A stretch of 64,000 nucleotides of DNA from Marsupella aquatica (GCA_973895155.1 OZ316892.1:23227168-23291167); one strand, 5' to 3'. Shown: positions 37,718 to 52,238, counted from the stretch's first letter. Numbers and translations are program-made. Notes: generated by a model from the letters alone, not told the origin.

Positions 37718-40700
37718 TCTATAGACAGTCTCCTGGGCCCCACAAGATAGAGCAAGGTATTCAGATTCAGTGGATGATTTTGAAGCCGTAGCTTGTCGTT
37801 TGCTGTGCCAGGACACAGGAGAACCACCCAGAGTGATTAAATAAGCACCAACCGATCATCGTGTGGAAGGGCAAGTGGCCCAGTCAGCATCAGTGAAGGC
37901 TTGAAGTTGCAATGGTGCATGTCGTTGATAGAGCAGGCCATAGTGTAGGGTATGTTTGAGATACCGAAAAATGTGACGAGTGGCTTGAAGGTGATCCTCA
38001 TGAGGGTCCTGCATAAAACGACTGACGAGTCCAACAGCAAAAGAAAGGTCGGGCCGAGTATTAGTGAGGTAAATCAGTTTGCCCACCATACGGCAATATA
38101 GATGTGAGTCGGCAGGAGGAGCTGTAGAGTCTGTGGAGAGCACAGTTCCAGTCGGAAGAGGAGTTAGAGCGGGAATGCAGGTAGACATGTTGAATTCATT
38201 GAGGATTTCGAGTGTGTAGTTGCGTTGATGCATTGTAATACCAGTATCCGCATAATCAAACTCTATACCAAGGTATTTCTTGGCGGTGCCCAGATCTTTG
38301 ATACTGAAGTGTTGACCCAATGAAGCCATGTGAGAAGAAATTAACTGATCGTTACTGCCGGTGACATAGAAATCGTCAACATGGGTGAGGAGAAGAGTAA
38401 TCTCAGTGCCATCATGAATATAATAGAGATTGTTGTCGAGAGGGCTTCGAATCCAACCCAGTTTTCTGAGCAGAACGTGTAGTGTGTCGTACCAAGCTTT
38501 AGAAGATTGTTGAAGCCCATAAAGAGAGTTGTTAAGTAAACAAACTAAATGTTCCTGGCCACGGAGTGCATAACCAGGAGGCTGCTTCATATAAATGCGT
38601 TCTGCAACTTTGCTATTGTGGAAGGCTGTGTCGACATCCAAGTGTCGTGTAGTCCAGCCACGGGATGCAGCAATAGCAACCACTGTGCGGAGAGTAGCCC
38701 ATTTTAACCACTGGAGCAAAAGTTTCAAAAAAATCAATTCCATGTTTCTGATAATTGCCTTTCGCAACCAAACGAGCCTTTAGCCGTGCATGAGTGTCGG
38801 AGATGGGTTTACACTTGTATACCCACATAAAAGGAATGGCGTGTTTACCATGCGGTAATTCGAAAAGTCATTCAAAAGGTGTAATTTTGTGAAGAGCGCG
38901 AGTTGAGCATCGGTTGAGGATGTAGTTGCCGGTGCGTATCATTTCTTCCCAGAAAGGAGCTGGAAAATGAGCACCGAAGTAGAGACTTCGAGCAGCTTCT
39001 AATAAAGTCCGGTTCTTACGCTCTGCAAGTCCATTCTGGTGAGGAGTGTAAGCGGCAGTGAGCTGTCGGTGGATCCCTTTGGTGAGGCAGAAATTCTGAA
39101 AATCTTGAGAAATAAATTCACCGCCACAATCAGTGCGTAGACCAGCTATTTTCGTTTGATGTTGAGCATCGATGGAGGCATAGAAATTCTGAAAGGTGGA
39201 AAACACTTCAGATTTGAAACGAAGGAAGAATGCCCAGGTGTAACGGGTATAGTCATCGGTGAGGGTGAGCAGATATCGGGCGCCACTGAGAGAGGGGACC
39301 TTCACCGGACCCCACACATCGGAGTGAATCAGTTGGAAAGGACGGGTCGTGATGGTTCCAGAATGTCAAGGAATTTGATCACGAGTTTGCTTGGCACAAA
39401 GGCAAGTGCTGCATACGTGATGTACGTGAGGGATTGATGGGAGACCATCGACCATGCCAGTGGAACTCATATGAGATAAACGTTGGAAATGAATGTGCCC
39501 GAGGCGCTTGTGCCACAGTGCTGCTGAAGCCGATATAGTGGCAAGATTGCATGAGGCATTTGATGTTGTCAGAGGTAAGGGCCGAGGCGGTTTGGGTACC
39601 ATTGTGTAGAGACGACTATGGGGATCGCGGGCCCCATACAAATGTAAATTGTTGTGTTGGTCAAAGACATGACAATGTTGAGATGTAAAGCAAATAGTGT
39701 GACCAAGATCAGCCAAGCAGCCAACAGACAATAAATTCCGGCAAGCACTCGGGATGTACAAAACGTTGCTGACTTTATTCTCATCAATGGTCAAAATGCC
39801 CTTCCCTTTGATGTCCAATGCAGCTCCCCCGGCAGTGGCAACTGTGGAACCAGAGGGAAAGGAAACAAAATTGGATAGTCCAACAGGAGTACCCGTCAAA
39901 TGAGCGTTGGCGCCTGAATCAAAAATCCACCCAGAATGAGTAGGATTAGCCAGTTCAGTGAAGTTGGCTTCCAAAATCTGATCTGCAGTGGGGGCAACAA
40001 CATCGTTGTGGTCAGTGTCAAAATACTCCTCAAAGTCAGTGTCAGGCTGAGGAGCAGCTTCACGGAATTCAACGAGGTTGGCAGCACGATTGTTGCCAAC
40101 GGAAGACTGGCCCAGACGTGTGGTCAAGCGCTGCAGTTCAGATTCCAACCCTCTGAAAGGGCATTCACGGGCGTAGTGAGTGGGGTCTCCACAGGTATGG
40201 CAGACTCCACGGGCCTGCATGTGGTTGGGCCCCATGCGGCCACGGCCACGACCACAACGTCCATGATTATAACAGCCACCAGTGTTGCGGCTGCCATAGT
40301 TGTTCCCTTGGTTCCGGTTAAACTGTTGCAGGGTTTGAGCAAACATAGCTTCTTCACCAGCAAAGCTACGAGAGCCACATCGGGTCTCCTCCTCCCGAAT
40401 CAGGTTCTCCAGCTGAGAAAAAGTAGGCATCGTTTCCCTCCCTGCCAAAACAGTCGAAAAAGTCTCCCAACTAGGTGGAAGGGCATCAATAACGATGCCA
40501 TGTAATTCTTCATCTGTGAAGGTGAGGCCCACGGTAGCAAGATCATTAAGCAGTTCATTCATGCTACTGAAATTAACAGACATCGTTGCAGATTCCGGGA
40601 ATTTCAAACCAAACAACCGGCGCTTCAGCACACCACGTCGTGTACTAGTGTTCCCAGCACATGCACGACGCAACTCAACCCAAAGGACTGCTGGATCATG

Positions 40701-40955
40701 GATACGAGTGTATCGGACCAGCATTCTATCCTCCACAGCCTTAGTCAGCATATAAAGAGCTTTAGATTTAGCCGCACCAACCTCATCTGGAGTAGGGGCG
40801 ATGGGGTCACTTGGATGAGCCAAGCCAGGCTCACGGACACTGAACCAGATCCTTTCTTTGATGAAGCTCTGCTCCATCTTGTAAGCCCACAACGGGTAGT
40901 TGTTTCCATTCAACTTCTCGTCCTTGGACATGCTATAGTTGACTGATTGATCCAT
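37718..40955 (-). pseudogene. Copia gag-pol polyprotein pseudogene
   Basis: In-frame TGA stops at 39366-39368 and 37856-37858, an internal deletion at ~38868, a frameshift at ~38703, and YVDD changed to HVDD. Confidence 0.9.
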
Positions 40956-41295
40956 GACGGAAAAACTAAGGAAAAGTAAAAACTCAGGGAACTTTCTCCT
41001 GATACAAAATACTATCGGTGATAATGATCGACCCACTAAAAAAACTCTCAGCTAAAGAAGTGGTCAGGCATAAACATCTATTGGGCTCCTCAGTAAAGTG
41101 ATTCTTACCAACTTACTTTTGATCAGGACGTAACTACAACTAGATGCTCTCAGCGAAAGAAATGGTCAGGTGATGACAAATACTAATCTCTTGAGCAAAG
41201 TGATTCTTACCTACTTCTGCCCAGAACATAGCTACAGTACTAGTGCGTAGATTCTAACAAAGTCTCGATCCCAGCTAGGCGAGGCTCTGATACCA

Positions 41296-41573
41296 TGTAA
41301 ACTTGAATAGTTTATTGATTCATCTCTGAATGAATGAGAGACTCAACGGGGAGTCCATCTAAATACAGGAGCAGAAATGAAACGTAGGAAACCAAGATAA
41401 GGTACAAACGGTCAGCAACAAGAAGGCCTGTGTAGTGGCAGGAGCCGGGTCCGTTGTATGTACAAGAGAACGCTCCCGGAGATCCCGGTGAGTGGAGCTA
41501 ATCTAACTTAGGATAGTACAAACGTAATGCACTTGGTAGCGTACATATATGGAAATCATTGCTGATTCCTACA
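41296..41573 (-). repeat. Putative 5' LTR of the copia element (~278 bp)
   Basis: Abuts the PBS and is bounded by TGTA...TACA. The outer boundary is inferred because no second LTR is present for comparison. Confidence 0.55.
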
Positions 41574-43387
41574 TCTCCAACCACAACTTCCAATGCACAG
41601 ATTGCCCTTTGGTTGCCCCTCTTAGTTCCTGTGATGTCAGCAAGGACGAACTCAGTGGGTGTGTATACTAGTATGAATGCTGATACCTGTCAAACATATT
41701 TGGCCTTGGGTGTCCTCTCCCTGAAAAGTGTACTCCCAACATGTAAATATGTGAAACAAGATTCTAACTACATGAGTGTGAGTGTGAGTTTTCAATATGG
41801 GACTGTCAATCTTACCAACATGGGACTCATTTGTTTCAATGATTTGCAAGTAAAAAATGGTCATATTTTCACAAGAGCAGACTTTGTCACATTACGCCAC
41901 CATTCGAGGTGCTCTTCTGTAATGCCAGGAACTCGACAGAACGTAGAAAGTTCACACGTTAGTTCTGGACATTGTGCCTTATCGTATTCATTTTAAAGGG
42001 AAACCTCAAGCCCCACACCTGGCTTGAGATGAAAACCCTCCCTTATATATTTTTCAATGCAGTACCCATCATCATCTACAGGTAAGCCACTGAGGGCCAT
42101 GACAACATTTGAACCAGGAATCCAGATGTGGAACCGTCAAGATACACCAGATTGTGTCATTGTGGTTTGTAATCACATTTTTACTCTTTTCATCTTTCTA
42201 AGCTCTGGAGTATGCCGTGTCGTTGGAGTGAGAATGGGAGGTTCACTCGAAATAGTTATGATAAAAGATTGTGTAGAGTTCAAGGCTATTCCAACAACAA
42301 TGAATAAGTTGATTTTCGAGGAAGCGAGGCACTACAGTACGTGGAAACAAGACGAGGAAGCAAAGTGAGGGATGGACAGCCATGTCAGACTGATAATCCA
42401 ACAAAGACATTGTGGCACTGCATCCCACTTTTTTGAAGTTGGAGTGGCAGAAACAACTACTTATTTTGGTCACTGAAACACTGGACGAGAAAGAGTGTAC
42501 CCTGCCACTTTGAGCGATGTGGCATGAGATGGCACACTGGTGCAACAGGTTGGAATGATAGTAACACGCAAGAATATGTCCAGTGTGCTACAAGGGTGCA
42601 CAAAACAATCAGTAAACAAGAGCATTTTTTGAAAATTTAGAGAATGATATCCTATGGACTATTTTGCAACCAAATTAATGCAGAAACATATTAAATGGTC
42701 AATCTCTCCCTCAATATAAAGGCCTTCATTAGTCAAAGGAACTAATGCATCCTAGAAAAAGATTCAACTGGTATCTTTAGCACCAAGGTTGACAATGTCC
42801 AAACACCAAAGCCCTGACCAGGCCAGCCTACTTTCAGTACAACTGAATTTAGTTTTATGCTAGATAAATGAATGTTCTTGTGAGGAACTCCACATTTCGC
42901 CCAAAACAAAAGGATCAACACAAATGATCAAATTCTTCTTGTCCAGATGTGAGAAAGGATGTCACAGTCGACCTTCCAATCCAACTGCACAATCCTGAAG
43001 ACGAGCCAAAAAAGGTTTAAAGCCAACATTACATACTTCCAAGTTTCGCCATGAATTTTCATGGGAGATTAACATCCTTACTCACATTGAATACCTTTTG
43101 ACGCACATATTCCTTAGTCCGATTCACCTAAAATCACAGCTTCATAAAAGAGAAAAGGGCGTAATGGATTAATACGACCCTTCACAATCAAGAACCAAAC
43201 AAATTTAGCTCCTCATGGGAAGTATGGTAGCACATGAGTCTCACCTTGTTTTCTACATCTGAGAATCGAGGTTCAGCCATATGGTCAGCCTAAAGCCTGA
43301 TCGTGTTCTCCTTGCGGACGAAATTATTCCATTACTGTTATGGATTTATCACCCACAAGGAGCTTATTCCATGTCGCTTAAGCACAC

Positions 43388-46300
43388 TCACAAAATACTC
43401 GCCATAGGCGAACTCCTCCCACTATTTTTAATTAGTCTGGAGCACGAAACACACAAACAGACAGATATTAGGTCACAAATTTTACTGGTATAATTGTATT
43501 TCCAACGAGCAGCAAATTAAGGATATCATTAAGGGTTAGCAATATTAAACGCTTCAACAAACTATTCTAGTGAAAACTGAACAATAATCTTTGCAGCCAT
43601 CCTTCCTAATCAGATTGGATCACAAGTCAAATCAGAGGCGAAAGTGCGTCTGCTACAAATATACCTTTCATTTGGATTTTGATGCAACCGTCCTTTTTGA
43701 GCCTCTAGTGTCATCAATTCCCACTCCACCTGCCAAAGACCACACGATTGGAGTTAGTCACTAGAGTACAAAATCTGGGTCGTTTCACTTCTATTCTCCT
43801 CCCTTCAAAATCAATCCTCATTCATTCATTTTATTTCTCATTGATTGGAAAGAATTCTCAGAAAGAGAGGAAATTGAACACAAGAGATACTCGTCACAGA
43901 CTTCGAGGACCAAATTTTGGGAGTAAGTTTGGGACTCGATTCGTGTTAGCAGTCGCATTGTCAGAGGCTTAGCATAAATGAAAACTAGAGCCACATTCCT
44001 TTTCAAGAATACAGGGTGCCATTTGCTGATGATACAGAGATCTAAGAAAGGATCTAAGCATCAGGGCCCTAGTCCTCAACCCATCCTGACTCTGTTTGAT
44101 TCGTCGCCATACACTTCTTTCGTTCTATTTTGGCTGCTCTCCCTAACTCCTGGATGTCTCTTGTGAACATGGAGAAAAACTGTTGGCCACTGGACTGTAC
44201 CTCTTCCTTCTTCTTCATCAGTACTGCATTAATTGATTGCTGAGTTTCCAGCTGACAATTAGCTTTCTCCAGGTCAGCCAATATCTTCGTTATTTCCTTC
44301 TCTTTTTCAAGAACACAATTTCTTTGAGCCTGTCAACAGGTCACGCATTACATGACGTCGATGAATTGCTTTGTTATATGCTTATAACAACATGAAGTCA
44401 GATTCATGGAAGTTGAAGAATAGCTTACATCAGTATGCTTGATGGATGTTCCAAGCGCTAAATTTACCCCAGCTAGCTGTCAAGGTAAGCATTAGAGGAG
44501 AAAGTTACTTATAATCGAATGAGAGTCAAATAGGAAAATCTTAAAATAAATCACTTTTATTTAAACCAAGCTATCAACAATACCAATTAATTCAGAAGAG
44601 ATACAAAACGTTATTGTTGGATTGGTTATAGACGCACGAAATGATGATGAACAAAAGATGGTTGCTAAATTTTACGTTGACTCTTGAATTATTATTGGTA
44701 AGACCATCTCTCAGCTATTGGTAACTGTATGCCAAGGCTACACAATCCCACAATCCCACATGTCTCTCATTCGTTGGTCCTGTAATTTTGAGCAGGTTTC
44801 AAACAATATAGCGTGGGTTTGTAAGGTGCAGAGATTCAAGAACCTCGTCATTGGTTTTCCGTAAAGTAGAAATCAAGGCGCGTGACTCTGCCTCCGCATG
44901 TTCACGATGCCGACATTCACTCTCATACTTTTGCAATAACCTGGATTTCTCATCGTCTAACATCTTGTACCTGTGCCACACGTCCTACATATCATCAAGC
45001 CGCTGTTTTCTGATTCTTTTGCCCACAAATGTTGAACAAAGTAGACCCATCCATGATCTCTGTGGCAGCTCAATTTTATGAACGGTTACGTTGGTAAACG
45101 AACTCAGTTCTCGAGATGGCCTGTCGAGAAATTGTGTAGATGACAGTCAGTTTTTGTAGAGGTTGGCAATGGCTGCAGATGAGTGAACTGGCAGCCAGCC
45201 CCATCAATGCATGCACTTCTGCAACTTTGCAATATCTAAGTTTGGCAGAAAACTAAGATTTTTTAGAATCGAGGGATTGAATTGGTACCTAAGACGGCCT
45301 GCGGCTATTCTTAGCACGACCGGCATTAACCAGCGAAAGATATAAACGGACATCAATTACCAGTGCACTTTCACCTAGCTTGGTTTTCAAGTACAAGCGT
45401 GAAGCTCATCAAGGTAAATATTAGAGGGAACTAACTTCTGAGTAGCTTCTATTAAGTTCTTCTCAAGCCAATCTCTGCTGGCGGTAACTTGAACTAGTTT
45501 TTCATTGGCATCAAGCAGCTTCTCTTCCCACTCCTCGTCGATTGTTGCTTGGCGTCTTTGGAGCATTTGCAGTTTTGCTTCACAAGCTTCAGCCTAAGAG
45601 GAGACGTATTCACACATCAATTTCTAAAATATAGACAGATATATAAGCTTTATGTCACAGAACAGCTTGACATAACACTCGTAAGTTAACTTTCAGGGAA
45701 GAGGAGCCTGAAATTGCGTTCTAGATTTTCCAGACACAAGGAGAGCATCTAACATCAAGTTGAAACTAGGTGTTCCGATGACCGAACTTTCGTTGTTGCT
45801 TTATGAAGGTCCAGAGGCCTTGCTCTTGGCTCCGTTTCTGAAGTCAAGCGCAGTAGCGGGCGAGTTTTTCAGCAAAGGCTTAGGGTTTGAACCAACAAGC
45901 TGTCTTGAAGCATTTACTTCTACAGAGAGTATTTAAATCCAATTGATTTCCAGAGACTTGATCCTATTATATGGTGTTAAGATTCAGGGAATTTTTATAC
46001 CTTGCTTAAGCTGCTCCGAATGACGTCCTGAATCTCAGAAGATGCTTCGTCTAGCCATTGAGCCCTTCCACTCTCTATCTGGATTATAGAATAAATGATT
46101 CAGTCCATTTTCATGTCCCATAAATGTTCAGATCCAAAAGAGGGGAAATGGACTAAAACAGTCATTCTGGATCGTGCTAAGCACAGTGCATGCCAGTTAT
46201 AATTCACACATAAGCGCTAGGACCGCTTTTAAGAGACATGGGGTGATTGAGCTAAACTTGCAAAAAGGGAGAAGACCGACGCTTCGGAAAAGTAAACCAA

Positions 46301-49300
46301 ATTACTAATACAAATGTTTGAACTGAATAACTTTCCGAGATATACGACCTCTTTTTGCAAATCTCCCAATTTTTCTTGCGCTGAGCTTAGAGCTGCTTCA
46401 CTGCGTTTCAACTGGACATAAATAAAGACACGTAAAAATTAGTTACATTTCCTAGAATCATGACATATTACGTGCAGGCAATAGACTCCCCTGCATTTCA
46501 TTTGAGCTAACCTCTTGTCGCAAGTTCTCATCGTTAAAGAGCTAGAAGGCAATATGTTTACATTCTCTCGTCAGATCTGAGCACAGGAGCAAATCCTTTT
46601 CGTAAACTTTTAAAATATATACCACTCACCAGGCACATTATCCTAAGCGTAAAAAACTGGGATATTTATTGCTACAAGAATGCATACAATTTATAACACC
46701 TTCATCAAAAACACCATGTTGTCTGCAGTCACTTTGGCTACAACCTGCAACGGGCAACCAGAGTAAGTGAGTAACAATGACGACCAAACGATAGGAGCAA
46801 TCAGAGTTCTTGAGCACCAGATGACTGGTAGTTAAAGGAATACTGAGATGACTGTGGTTACAAGACTCGGTAGCTCAACTCCTTTCTTAAGGTCCAAAGG
46901 ATGCCTTGTTCACGACTTGTGAGATCTTGCGGATACTACCGCCGAGGAACACTCACTACATGCAGGTGGAACCATTGGATGGCATCATTTAGTTTGCTCT
47001 TTCGTACATTAACTGGTATGTTCATGAACGGTTAAAATGGATAGAAATGCTCTAAAAATTGTCCATAATGTTTGACCTTAGTATTAGACCAAGGGATTCC
47101 TTTCAAATGTCATAGATCCCCAATTGGAACAAGGGAAAACACGACAGCACAGTTGACGGTGGCTGCCAGTTAACAACGTCACCTCCTTGTAACGTTCAGC
47201 ATTTTCTGCAGCAAGAGCAGCAGTTTTCAAGGCTGCATCGGCTGAACCATCTATAATTTCTCTCTCTTTGAGGACCATGATCTGTTTCTTCAGCTTTTCA
47301 TTTTCAGCTCTGTGGTCCGACATAGAATCACCAGCAGAAGTTAGTTGTAATCTAAAACCTGAACTAAAGAGTTATAGAAGCCCCCATATCGGTCTATGAA
47401 CATAAGTACATTAGAGAGGATTAGGACTAATAGTTCATTTGGCAAGGATTCGAACGATTCAATTTTGACATTCATTTTCATTTTATTGTATCTTGACGAG
47501 TATTTTTAAGGTATCGAGTACCAAATATTAGGCTCTCTGGCAAAACCTCTGTACGGACCTTAGGTCCACTTCACGGGCAGCTAATCTGAGGTGCTGCTCA
47601 GGATCATGTCCAGGCTGAAGCCCTCTTCCTCGCAATTGCTTCACATTGACATCATTGAGCTTTTCAGTCACACCCCTGCATGAGCATGGTCATAGGATGG
47701 CAATGGACTTGAGGAGAAGGAAATATAAAGCTTTTCCCTTACGTTCTTACCTCCTCAAGAAGACCTTTATCCTTTTTGATTGCTGCAAGCTCTTTCTCCA
47801 TGTTGGCCATCAGATTTTCCTCACTCCGCAATTTATCTAGGGTCTCCTGTATTCACAAAGTCCAGAGCTGTGATATACGCCTAATGTGATAAAGAGGCCA
47901 TGCTTTCTCACAGACACATCGATATTAGAAACCCATGTCACAGAAAACTTGTTGCAAGTTGATCCGTTTGACTTGGAAAGGTCACCTGTATCTTGGTCTT
48001 GTAGTCTTCAATTTGCTCATTCACTGTGGTGGTGGAAGCTATCAATCTTTCCGACAATTCCATCTGAAATGTCACAACTGATAAAGGTTGGATTCGACAA
48101 TGCGATTTCTCAATTGGAACGAGTTGGATTAGACAATTCGCATAACCGGTGGTCACTATGCGAGTAGAGGAATGTCAAACTTAAAGATTATACTTAGATG
48201 GTAAGTGTTTTCTACAGTCCCTATCAAATAAATTGTTCACAAAATGCGACCATCGAGGTACTAAGGGCAACATGAGACACCATTACTTCGCTAGAATGTG
48301 TCTCTGCAGGAAATCAAAGGCAACTCATTAACCTGGGTTTTAACGGATGCCTCAAGCCTCGCCTGCAAAGAGTTCATTTCCTCGTTCAGGTCGGTTGTCT
48401 GCAGACACCCAGGGAGTTTCAAGATTCAAGTCGTCACAAGATCATATTCATAAATCAAAATACGATCAAGATACACTTGAAGATCACAAAGTGATCGTTC
48501 TGCAGAACATAATTACATCTTGCTTTACTTTGGAGGCCGAGTTTTGTTGAGGATTTGTCAATCAATACTAAAATTTGGAAATTCGCATGCTCACGTAGAT
48601 CTCCAAGGTGGAAATCTGGTTCAAAGCTCTTCCTAATTTATTCAGAGCCTTCTTCAGCCCAGCTTTCCTTTTAGATTCTGTTACCTGCACTGTCAGAAAG
48701 GAAACTAACTCAACTGAAATTATCCCTTCAGATGCACTAAAAAAATTACATCTCTAATCAGTTGACGTAGACGGTTAGCATCCATCAGTTCCTCATATTG
48801 GCAGAGCCGACTGTTCAGTGCAATGAAGCTGATCTCTTCTTAGTTACGTGCTTCTGGTCAACTTTGTGCTAATGCGACTAAGATGTTGCGGACCGATTAT
48901 CAACATTGCCTTAGAAGTTTTCAGAATGAAAAGTTATGGGCATGTAATGTGCACTTCAGAAGCAATAGATTCAATGGGACGTAAACCATTAAATGCTCAA
49001 GAGAGACGTGATCACAAGCCAATCTCACAGGGTGTTGAGAGCAGTTGAGACCTGCAAAGGTGGAGAACCTGTAGACACGACAGAGGTGTTCTCACTCTGC
49101 AAGATTTTGATAGCCTCCTTCAAGTTTCCAGCAACATCTTCAGTAACCTATCGCACAACAACGCACCCGATTTGAACATTGCTCTTCCATGTAACAAGAG
49201 ACAGAAATAATTGAATTCAAGTAACATCTAGATTTACTGGTGATGGATTGAGAGAGTGTGCAACGATCAACTTCCACAAGCGTTCAATTTGAAGGAGTTC

Positions 49301-49500
49301 TTTAAAAGCAGTAAACTAGACTGTCAATGTGCGCAGGGGGCTTTCCTAAGGACCCAGGGACAGAATAAAAATGGGTAGATGGCCAGCAAAAGAAGAGTCA
49401 CATCTCTAGTGCGGCGCCACTTCTCCTGCGGAGTTCCTCGGTGGACGGTGCATCGCCCTTCAGATCCTCCTCCAATTACGCGACGCTTGGAGATAGCCAT
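43388..49500 (-). CDS. Multi-exon (~16+) coiled-coil protein of unknown family; start and stop approximate
   Basis: Many short exons with consensus splice sites encoding heptad-rich peptides: MELSERLIASTTTVNEQIEDYKTKIQ, ETLDKLRSEENLMANMEKELAAIKKDKGLLEE, AENEKLKKQIMVLKERE, EKSRLLQKYESECRHREHAEAESR, QLETQQSINAVLMKKKEE|VEWELM. Candidate ATG at 49500 (MAISKRR). Confidence 0.7.
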
Positions 49501-50879
49501 TCGTCCGAACCTTTATTCCTCAGCAAGCCGCCGCCTGTGAGATCAGCTCAAATTAGCAGAGTGAGGAGTAACGTCATTTCTCTAGACCGTAGCAGAAGAG
49601 TACCGGATTCTCAAGTGCAACTATCAAGATACTTCCGTGTTTCTGCGCGTTTCTAAAAACATTGTAGTATGCAAAATGAGTTTTGTAGTGACATCCGGAA
49701 GCGGGGAAAGTAAGAGCTGTTGTCTGCGTGAAACATCCGATCAGCCCGAGACTCCTTCACTGCGCGATACAGGTCACTACGGTAGATCTCAATTTTGCGC
49801 CATGAAGAGAATGATAAGCGCTGCTCGGGGAACGAGCTTCGACATTCAATGACAAGCTAAGCTGTACTTTTAATTTCAACCGAGAGGATCACTGACTTTA
49901 ATGAATTTAACGACAAAGGAACTTTGTAAAGCTCAACCCTTAATTTGCAACTTTGCGCCTAATTGCACTTGTTCAGGTTACCAAAGCCCGGCCGATACCA
50001 GGGATGAGAACGAAACTGAAAAAATGCACAGCACAGGAAAGAATCACAAAATTAAAGAAGGCTAAGAATCTAATTGAAGCAAAGAAATCAACTGGCATTG
50101 GAGTAAGAAGATCGAGAACGAAGTCAAAATCAGCCAATGCGAAATCAAACGAGAAAATGTTGAATGACGGAAGAAATTGATTGAGAAATCGAATGCACAG
50201 AAATTGAATTAGAAGTCTCACAGGCAGCAGCAAATGACTGAGAAATCAAATGCAAAGAAATTGGACGCGAAGTCCGAATGCGAATGCGAATACGAATACC
50301 AACCATTGTGGAGGAGCAGCAAAAAGAGTCCAATGAGAAGAATGGACGATGTGAATGAGAAAGTAATAAACAAGAAATGAATGAGAAGAAATACACAAGA
50401 GATGAATGAGAAGAAATCAGACGCGCACAATGAACAAATCCAACGAAATCAATTCAGTAGGCTTCAAACTGGAAAGCAGAACGAGAAAAAAACCTTCAAA
50501 CTGAGAAATGAGAAATGAGACGACAACATTCAAACTGCAAGAATAAAGTGATAGAGATGAAGGTTACCGTCAAACTTGAAGGCGAAACAGAGCGATGGCG
50601 ACGACGAGCAACGCTCGAAAACTAGCTCCGCGTTTTGCTCTCTCAAACTCTACGTCTATGGTGCGCGGCACCTCATTCTCTACCGAGCAAGTTTCAACTC
50701 AGTTGGACAGACGTACCACGTAGGTCGACGAAGTTGCACCACGCAGTCACAGAGTGCTGTATATGACAACCGCGCAGTTCGTAGAATAACCGCTCATCAA
50801 CGGCGAATCTCTTTGAGCGAATTATGCCTGAATTTGAAAATTTGGACGGGGATGGACGGGGATGGACGGAGAAGATCGA

Positions 50880-51850
50880 CGGACTACAGACCACTGGAAC
50901 GAACCGAGAGACGGACGGACTACTGTTGTCTCTCTCTAAGTGCACGCTTTCTGGACTAGGCTTTGCTCCAGCAAAACAATTAGAATTTGCATTTATGGAC
51001 AAGAGCTAGAATGCCTCGACCTAGAATGGGCCCTCCTTAATAACCTGACATTCTCTCTCTAAGTGCACACTCCCTGGACTAGGCTTTGCTCCACATCATA
51101 AGTGCAAACAATCAGGGACTATGGATACAGGAACGATCTGAGAGAGACGGATGGACTACAGTTGTCTCCCTCTAAGTGCACACTTTCTGGACTAGGCATT
51201 GCTCCAGCAAAACAATTAGAATTTGCATTTATGGACAAGAGCTAGAGTGCCTCGACCTAGAATGGGCCCTCCTTAATAACCTGACATTCTCTCTCTAAGT
51301 GCACACTCCCTGGACTAGGCTTTGCTCCACATCATAAGTGCAAACAATCAGGGACTATGGATACAGGAACAATCTGAGAGAGACGGATGGACTACAGTTG
51401 TCTCTCTCTAAGTGCACACTTTGTGGACTAGGCTTTGCTCCACATCATAAGTGCAAAAAATTGGGATTTGCATTAATGGACAAGAGCTGCAGTGTGTCGA
51501 TCAATAATGGGCCCTCTGTAATAACCTGACATTATGGTAACATCCTTCCAGTATTGAACAACCCTAAACATGATCCCCACCCTGTCTCAAAAGTGCAAAG
51601 TTTGCTCTACGTAGAAATGGCTTTCACTTATCAATAAGTGTAAATGAAGGAATTGTAGGAAATGTACGCTTATCCACAAGTGTGCATAAATCCTTGTAAG
51701 AGGATTTGCACTTATGTATTTGTGGTTAAGTGGAGCCATCTTTGCACTATTTAACAAAAACTGCACAAAGTGCAAACTAATTAGGAAACAAAAGGGAAGA
51801 ACAAGGTGTCTTGCAACTAGCCAGAGTTTGCACTTACAGAGTGCATTTAG
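50880..51850 (-). repeat. Tandem ~235-bp duplication plus an AAGTGCA motif cluster; same family as 2845-3285 and 23270-25020, in inverted orientation
   Basis: CTCTCTAAGTGCAC..T..CTGGACTAGGC occurs five times, and GGACAAGAGCTAGA.TGCCTCGACCTAGAATGGGCCC is repeated. Confidence 0.75.
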
Positions 51851-52238
51851 AGAGAGGTTCCTGCACCAGACAGGCTTAAAATCCTAGTGGAGGGGTGCAA
51901 TGGCAAGCCTAGAATGGCGGACGAGGAACCAGTTACTGTTGTAGACTGCACAATAGTGCCCAAGGTACTAGGTTACTGGCTGCTGCCTGTGGATTGTCCT
52001 GCAAGTCGGCAACCCAAGTAAATCAAAATACTCTCCAACCAGGTTGCCTCCGCCAATTTCCTCCGTTTCTAAGTGACAGAAGCAAACCCCAGCCAGGTTC
52101 CCACACATCCATAATCCCTGTTTATAAATGAAGCAAGTGCCTCTTTTTGCTTGCTCCACTTGAATCACCCATGACAGAGTATAGAATGTTCATACTGAAA
52201 CATGCTTTGCTTTTGTCTTGTAATGATATGTAAACCTG

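Larger units (their letters stand above)
37715..41573 (-). mobile_element. Decayed Ty1/copia LTR retrotransposon (5' LTR, PBS, gag-PR-INT-RT-partial RNase H; 3' end missing)
   Basis: PBS TGGTATCAGAGC (tRNA-iMet) at 41295-41284. Zn knuckle CHTCGDPTHYAREC, protease WIFDSGANAH, LWHKRLGH, integrase DDYTR/TDCGGEF/QNGLAERKNR, RT ARLVAKG/HVDD, RNase H TDADWA...SWHSKRQ...SSTESEY, all in copia order. Confidence 0.95.
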
